A stretch of 41,029 nt of DNA from a virus. This document shows, piece after piece, positions 39,697 through 41,029 of the stretch. The stretch is from IMG/VR virus record IMGVR_UViG_3300045988_017677; one strand, written 5' to 3'. The position numbers were made by a program, and so were the translations under genes. The first letter of the stretch is position 1, and each line of letters begins with the position of its first letter. Below the pieces are notes generated by a model. That model ran no database searches and was not told the origin of the DNA. It saw nothing but the letters and a program-made list of their open reading frames with translations.

Positions 39697-39763
39697 AGTG
39701 TACGCCATTTGTGCGCACAATGCAAGGAGAGAAATGCACAAATTTTTATTATTTTTTTGTGCA
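39697..39763 (-). promoter_or_regulatory. Promoter with palindromic operators for the acidic-protein/RHH pair
   Basis: On the minus strand, TTGCAT (39720-39725), a 17-nt spacer, then TACACT (39697-39702). The palindrome TTGTGCGCACAA (39709-39720) fills the spacer. A second inverted repeat TGCACAAA-N13-TTTGTGCA lies at 39735-39763. Confidence 0.55.
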
Positions 39764-39801
39764 AAAACGAAAAATAGCCGCGCCCAAAAAGGGCACGGCT
39801 A
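39762..39801 (-). terminator. Rho-independent terminator ending the late/lysis transcript
   Basis: Stem tagccgcgccc / gggcacggcta pairs at 10 of 11 positions. On the minus strand it is followed by TTTTTCGTTTTT. Confidence 0.65.
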
Positions 39802-39804
39802 CTT

Positions 39805-40041
39805 TTAGGAATTGAATGCATCCGCCAGTTTTTGGTATGCTCGGCGTCGCAATTTGTAAAATCCATCTACGCTGATATGCAGTTTTGCCGCCGTCTGTAC
39901 GCAGGTGCGGCCAAAAACGTCCACGTCAATTACACAGGTTTCCTCGTCTTCCGGCAGCCCTACCGCGCGGATCGTTTCTGTGGCGCGGCATGGTGCCATA
40001 GTGGATAGTTTTTTGCGGATCCTTTTGTGCTGATCTATCAT
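39805..40041 (-). CDS. Small sigma region-4-like HTH protein
   Basis: Only the last 78 codons of the track ORF are retained (MIDQHKRIRKK...VFGRTCVQTAAKLHISVDGFYKLRRRAYQKLADAF). The upstream part overlaps the amidase in another frame. The SD is weak. Confidence 0.4.
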   Translation of the reverse strand: MIDQHKRIRKKLSTMAPCRATETIRAVGLPEDEETCVIDVDVFGRTCVQTAAKLHISVDGFYKLRRRAYQKLADAFNS

Positions 40042-40132
40042 TTCCCACGGTGTGCCGTGGAGGTGCGGATGCGTTGAGCACGAGCGTGAGGCCGGCGTAG
40101 CGATGTCCTCTGCGCCCTCCAGGTGTTTACCG

Positions 40133-40789
40133 TTACCGGATATACCCCTCAAAGCCGGCGGCCTTGAGCTTGGCCAGCATCTTCTCCGCGTTGGCGCGGA
40201 CGGCAAATGCACCCACCTGCACCCGGTAGAGCTTATCGGTGGTGGCGGCGGGCTTGGGCTGCTCGGGCGCCTTAAAGGCCACGCCGAAGTAATCGCAGAT
40301 CCCCCGGGCGATGGCCTCGCCGATGTCAACCGTGTGTTCCACAATCCACTTGGCGGTGGTGGCGTTGTCGTGGAACTCGCACTCGATATAGGCCGTAGGG
40401 GCGCTGGGCACCCGCACCTCGTACAGGGAGGCATCCACCCGGATGTTCTCGCTGGCGCCTGGGGTCACCGGGGCCAGCCGATTAAAAATAGCCTTGCAGG
40501 CCTTCATGCCCTCGCCGCTGCTGTTAAAGCAGAACATGCGAGTGCCGCTGACCGTGCCGTTAAAGGCGTTGGTGTGGATGGGCACATGGAGGTCTGCGCC
40601 GAAGGCGTTGGATTCCTTGCACTTATCCTGCATGGAGGGCATATGCCCCACCTTCACGGTCACGCCGCTGCGCTCCAGGGCGATGCGGCAGGCATCGGCA
40701 ATTTTACCGCACTGGACGGCCTCGGTGGTGTTGCCGTAGGCATAGCGGTTGTCGGTCTGATTGCTGGGAGACAGATATACTTTAGCCAT
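40133..40789 (-). CDS. Endolysin: N-acetylmuramoyl-L-alanine amidase (Amidase_3) with C-terminal SPOR domain
   Basis: 218 aa with SD GGAGGGAAA. Motifs: VYLSPSNQ, DLHVPIHTNA and ECEFHDN. The C-terminal LYRVQVGAFAVRANAEKMLAKLKAAGFEGYI is SPOR-like. Confidence 0.9.
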   Translation of the reverse strand: MAKVYLSPSNQTDNRYAYGNTTEAVQCGKIADACRIALERSGVTVKVGHMPSMQDKCKESNAFGADLHVPIHTNAFNGTVSGTRMFCFNSSGEGMKACKAIFNRLAPVTPGASENIRVDASLYEVRVPSAPTAYIECEFHDNATTAKWIVEHTVDIGEAIARGICDYFGVAFKAPEQPKPAATTDKLYRVQVGAFAVRANAEKMLAKLKAAGFEGYIR

Positions 40790-40997
40790 TTTCGTTTCCC
40801 TCCTTGTTATAGGTGGCGGTGGAGATGCACAGCACCGCGCCCAGGAACGTGTCCACGGCGGTGATGGTGGTCACGATCTCCTCCGAGTAAGGCCAGGCCC
40901 ACACGGCGGACAGGGCCGCGTACAGCGTGGCGATGGCCGGCAGGGCGATGATGACCACCCACTTGAGAATGTCATACAGCTTGTCAGGGATTTTCAT
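40782..40997 (-). CDS. Holin (two TM, Hol44-like)
   Basis: 71 aa, MKIPDKLYDILKWVVIIALPAIATLYAALSAVWAWPY...AVDTFLGAVLCIS, with SD AGAAAGGAG. It overlaps the amidase start by 8 nt. Its start codon lies inside the 55-nt terminal repeat. Confidence 0.8.
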   Translation of the reverse strand: MKIPDKLYDILKWVVIIALPAIATLYAALSAVWAWPYSEEIVTTITAVDTFLGAVLCISTATYNKEGNENG

Positions 40998-41029
40998 GGT
41001 TTGCTCCTTTCTGTGCCCGATTCGGGCAC
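40975..41029. repeat. Terminal direct repeat copy 2 (identical to 1-55)
   Basis: Exact 55-nt match to the start of the window. Confidence 0.97.

Larger units (their letters stand above)
1..41029. mobile_element. Complete temperate siphovirus-like phage genome, circularly closed assembly (unique length 40974 bp)
   Basis: All modules are present: int plus attP, XRE/Cro switch, recombination and replication, terminase, portal, capsid, tail, lysis. The two ends overlap by an exact 55-nt repeat. Confidence 0.9.

Noticed and set aside
39805-40434. The full 209-aa track ORF extending from the sigma-like HTH gene into the amidase gene.
   Set aside because: The first 131 codons overlap the amidase in another frame and encode P/S/R/T-rich nonsense. 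Only the 3' 78 codons downstream of the amidase stop were kept, and even those with low confidence.
1-41029. A search for reverse transcriptase/DGR or retron elements, CRISPR-Cas, and recognisable anti-CRISPR or defence-system cores such as CBASS, Gabija or AbiEii.
   Set aside because: I found no RT motifs (YxDD), cas genes, cyclase or nuclease-helicase signatures in any frame. Absence is judged by eye only.

Overview
The window is a complete temperate tailed-phage genome with siphovirus-type gene order, assembled as a circle. Nt 1-55 are repeated exactly at 40975-41029, so the unique length is 40974 bp and the holin start lies in the duplicated overlap. Nearly all genes are on the minus strand in one early-to-late series. 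It starts with a Cro-like HTH at about 32.3 kb. Recombination genes follow (Rad52/Sak-like SSAP, YqaJ-like exonuclease, SSB), then replication genes (organizer, DnaC-like loader). Next come DNA-modification-like genes (a short C5-MTase-like protein and a PAPS-reductase/DndC-like PP-loop enzyme), RusA, a secreted 3D-domain protein, an ASCH protein and a RinA-like late activator. A ~0.9-kb GC-rich structured non-coding region with an aberrant tRNA-like element precedes terS. The late genes then run terS, an AT-rich adenine MTase, terL, portal, MuF, capsid, tail, tail fibre and the lysis cassette. On the plus strand are a tyrosine integrase translationally coupled to a membrane-anchored XRE regulator, a second XRE regulator, a small membrane protein and a bPH-domain moron. 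An attP-like 47-nt 3' fragment of tRNA-Lys(UUU) lies just downstream of int. The observations I rank highest are these. (1) The MuF head protein has an extra C-terminal PD-(D/E)xK-like toxin-type domain and no adjacent immunity gene. (2) A P22 immI-like cassette sits inside the structural module: a consensus promoter with palindromic operator, an Arc-size RHH protein, an antisense sRNA cassette, and a Bro-N/KilAC antirepressor ending in tandem terminators. (3) The large structured non-coding region may be a ROOL/GOLLD-class RNA. (4) An 8-gene cargo block between the lysis genes and attP encodes compositionally odd proteins, and a very acidic protein plus RHH pair sits nearby. (5) A promoter-gene-terminator bPH moron is inserted antisense between the tail chaperone frameshift product and the tape measure gene. 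All family assignments come from reading motifs by eye. No searches or folding programs were run, and start codons were chosen from SD spacing and gene coupling.
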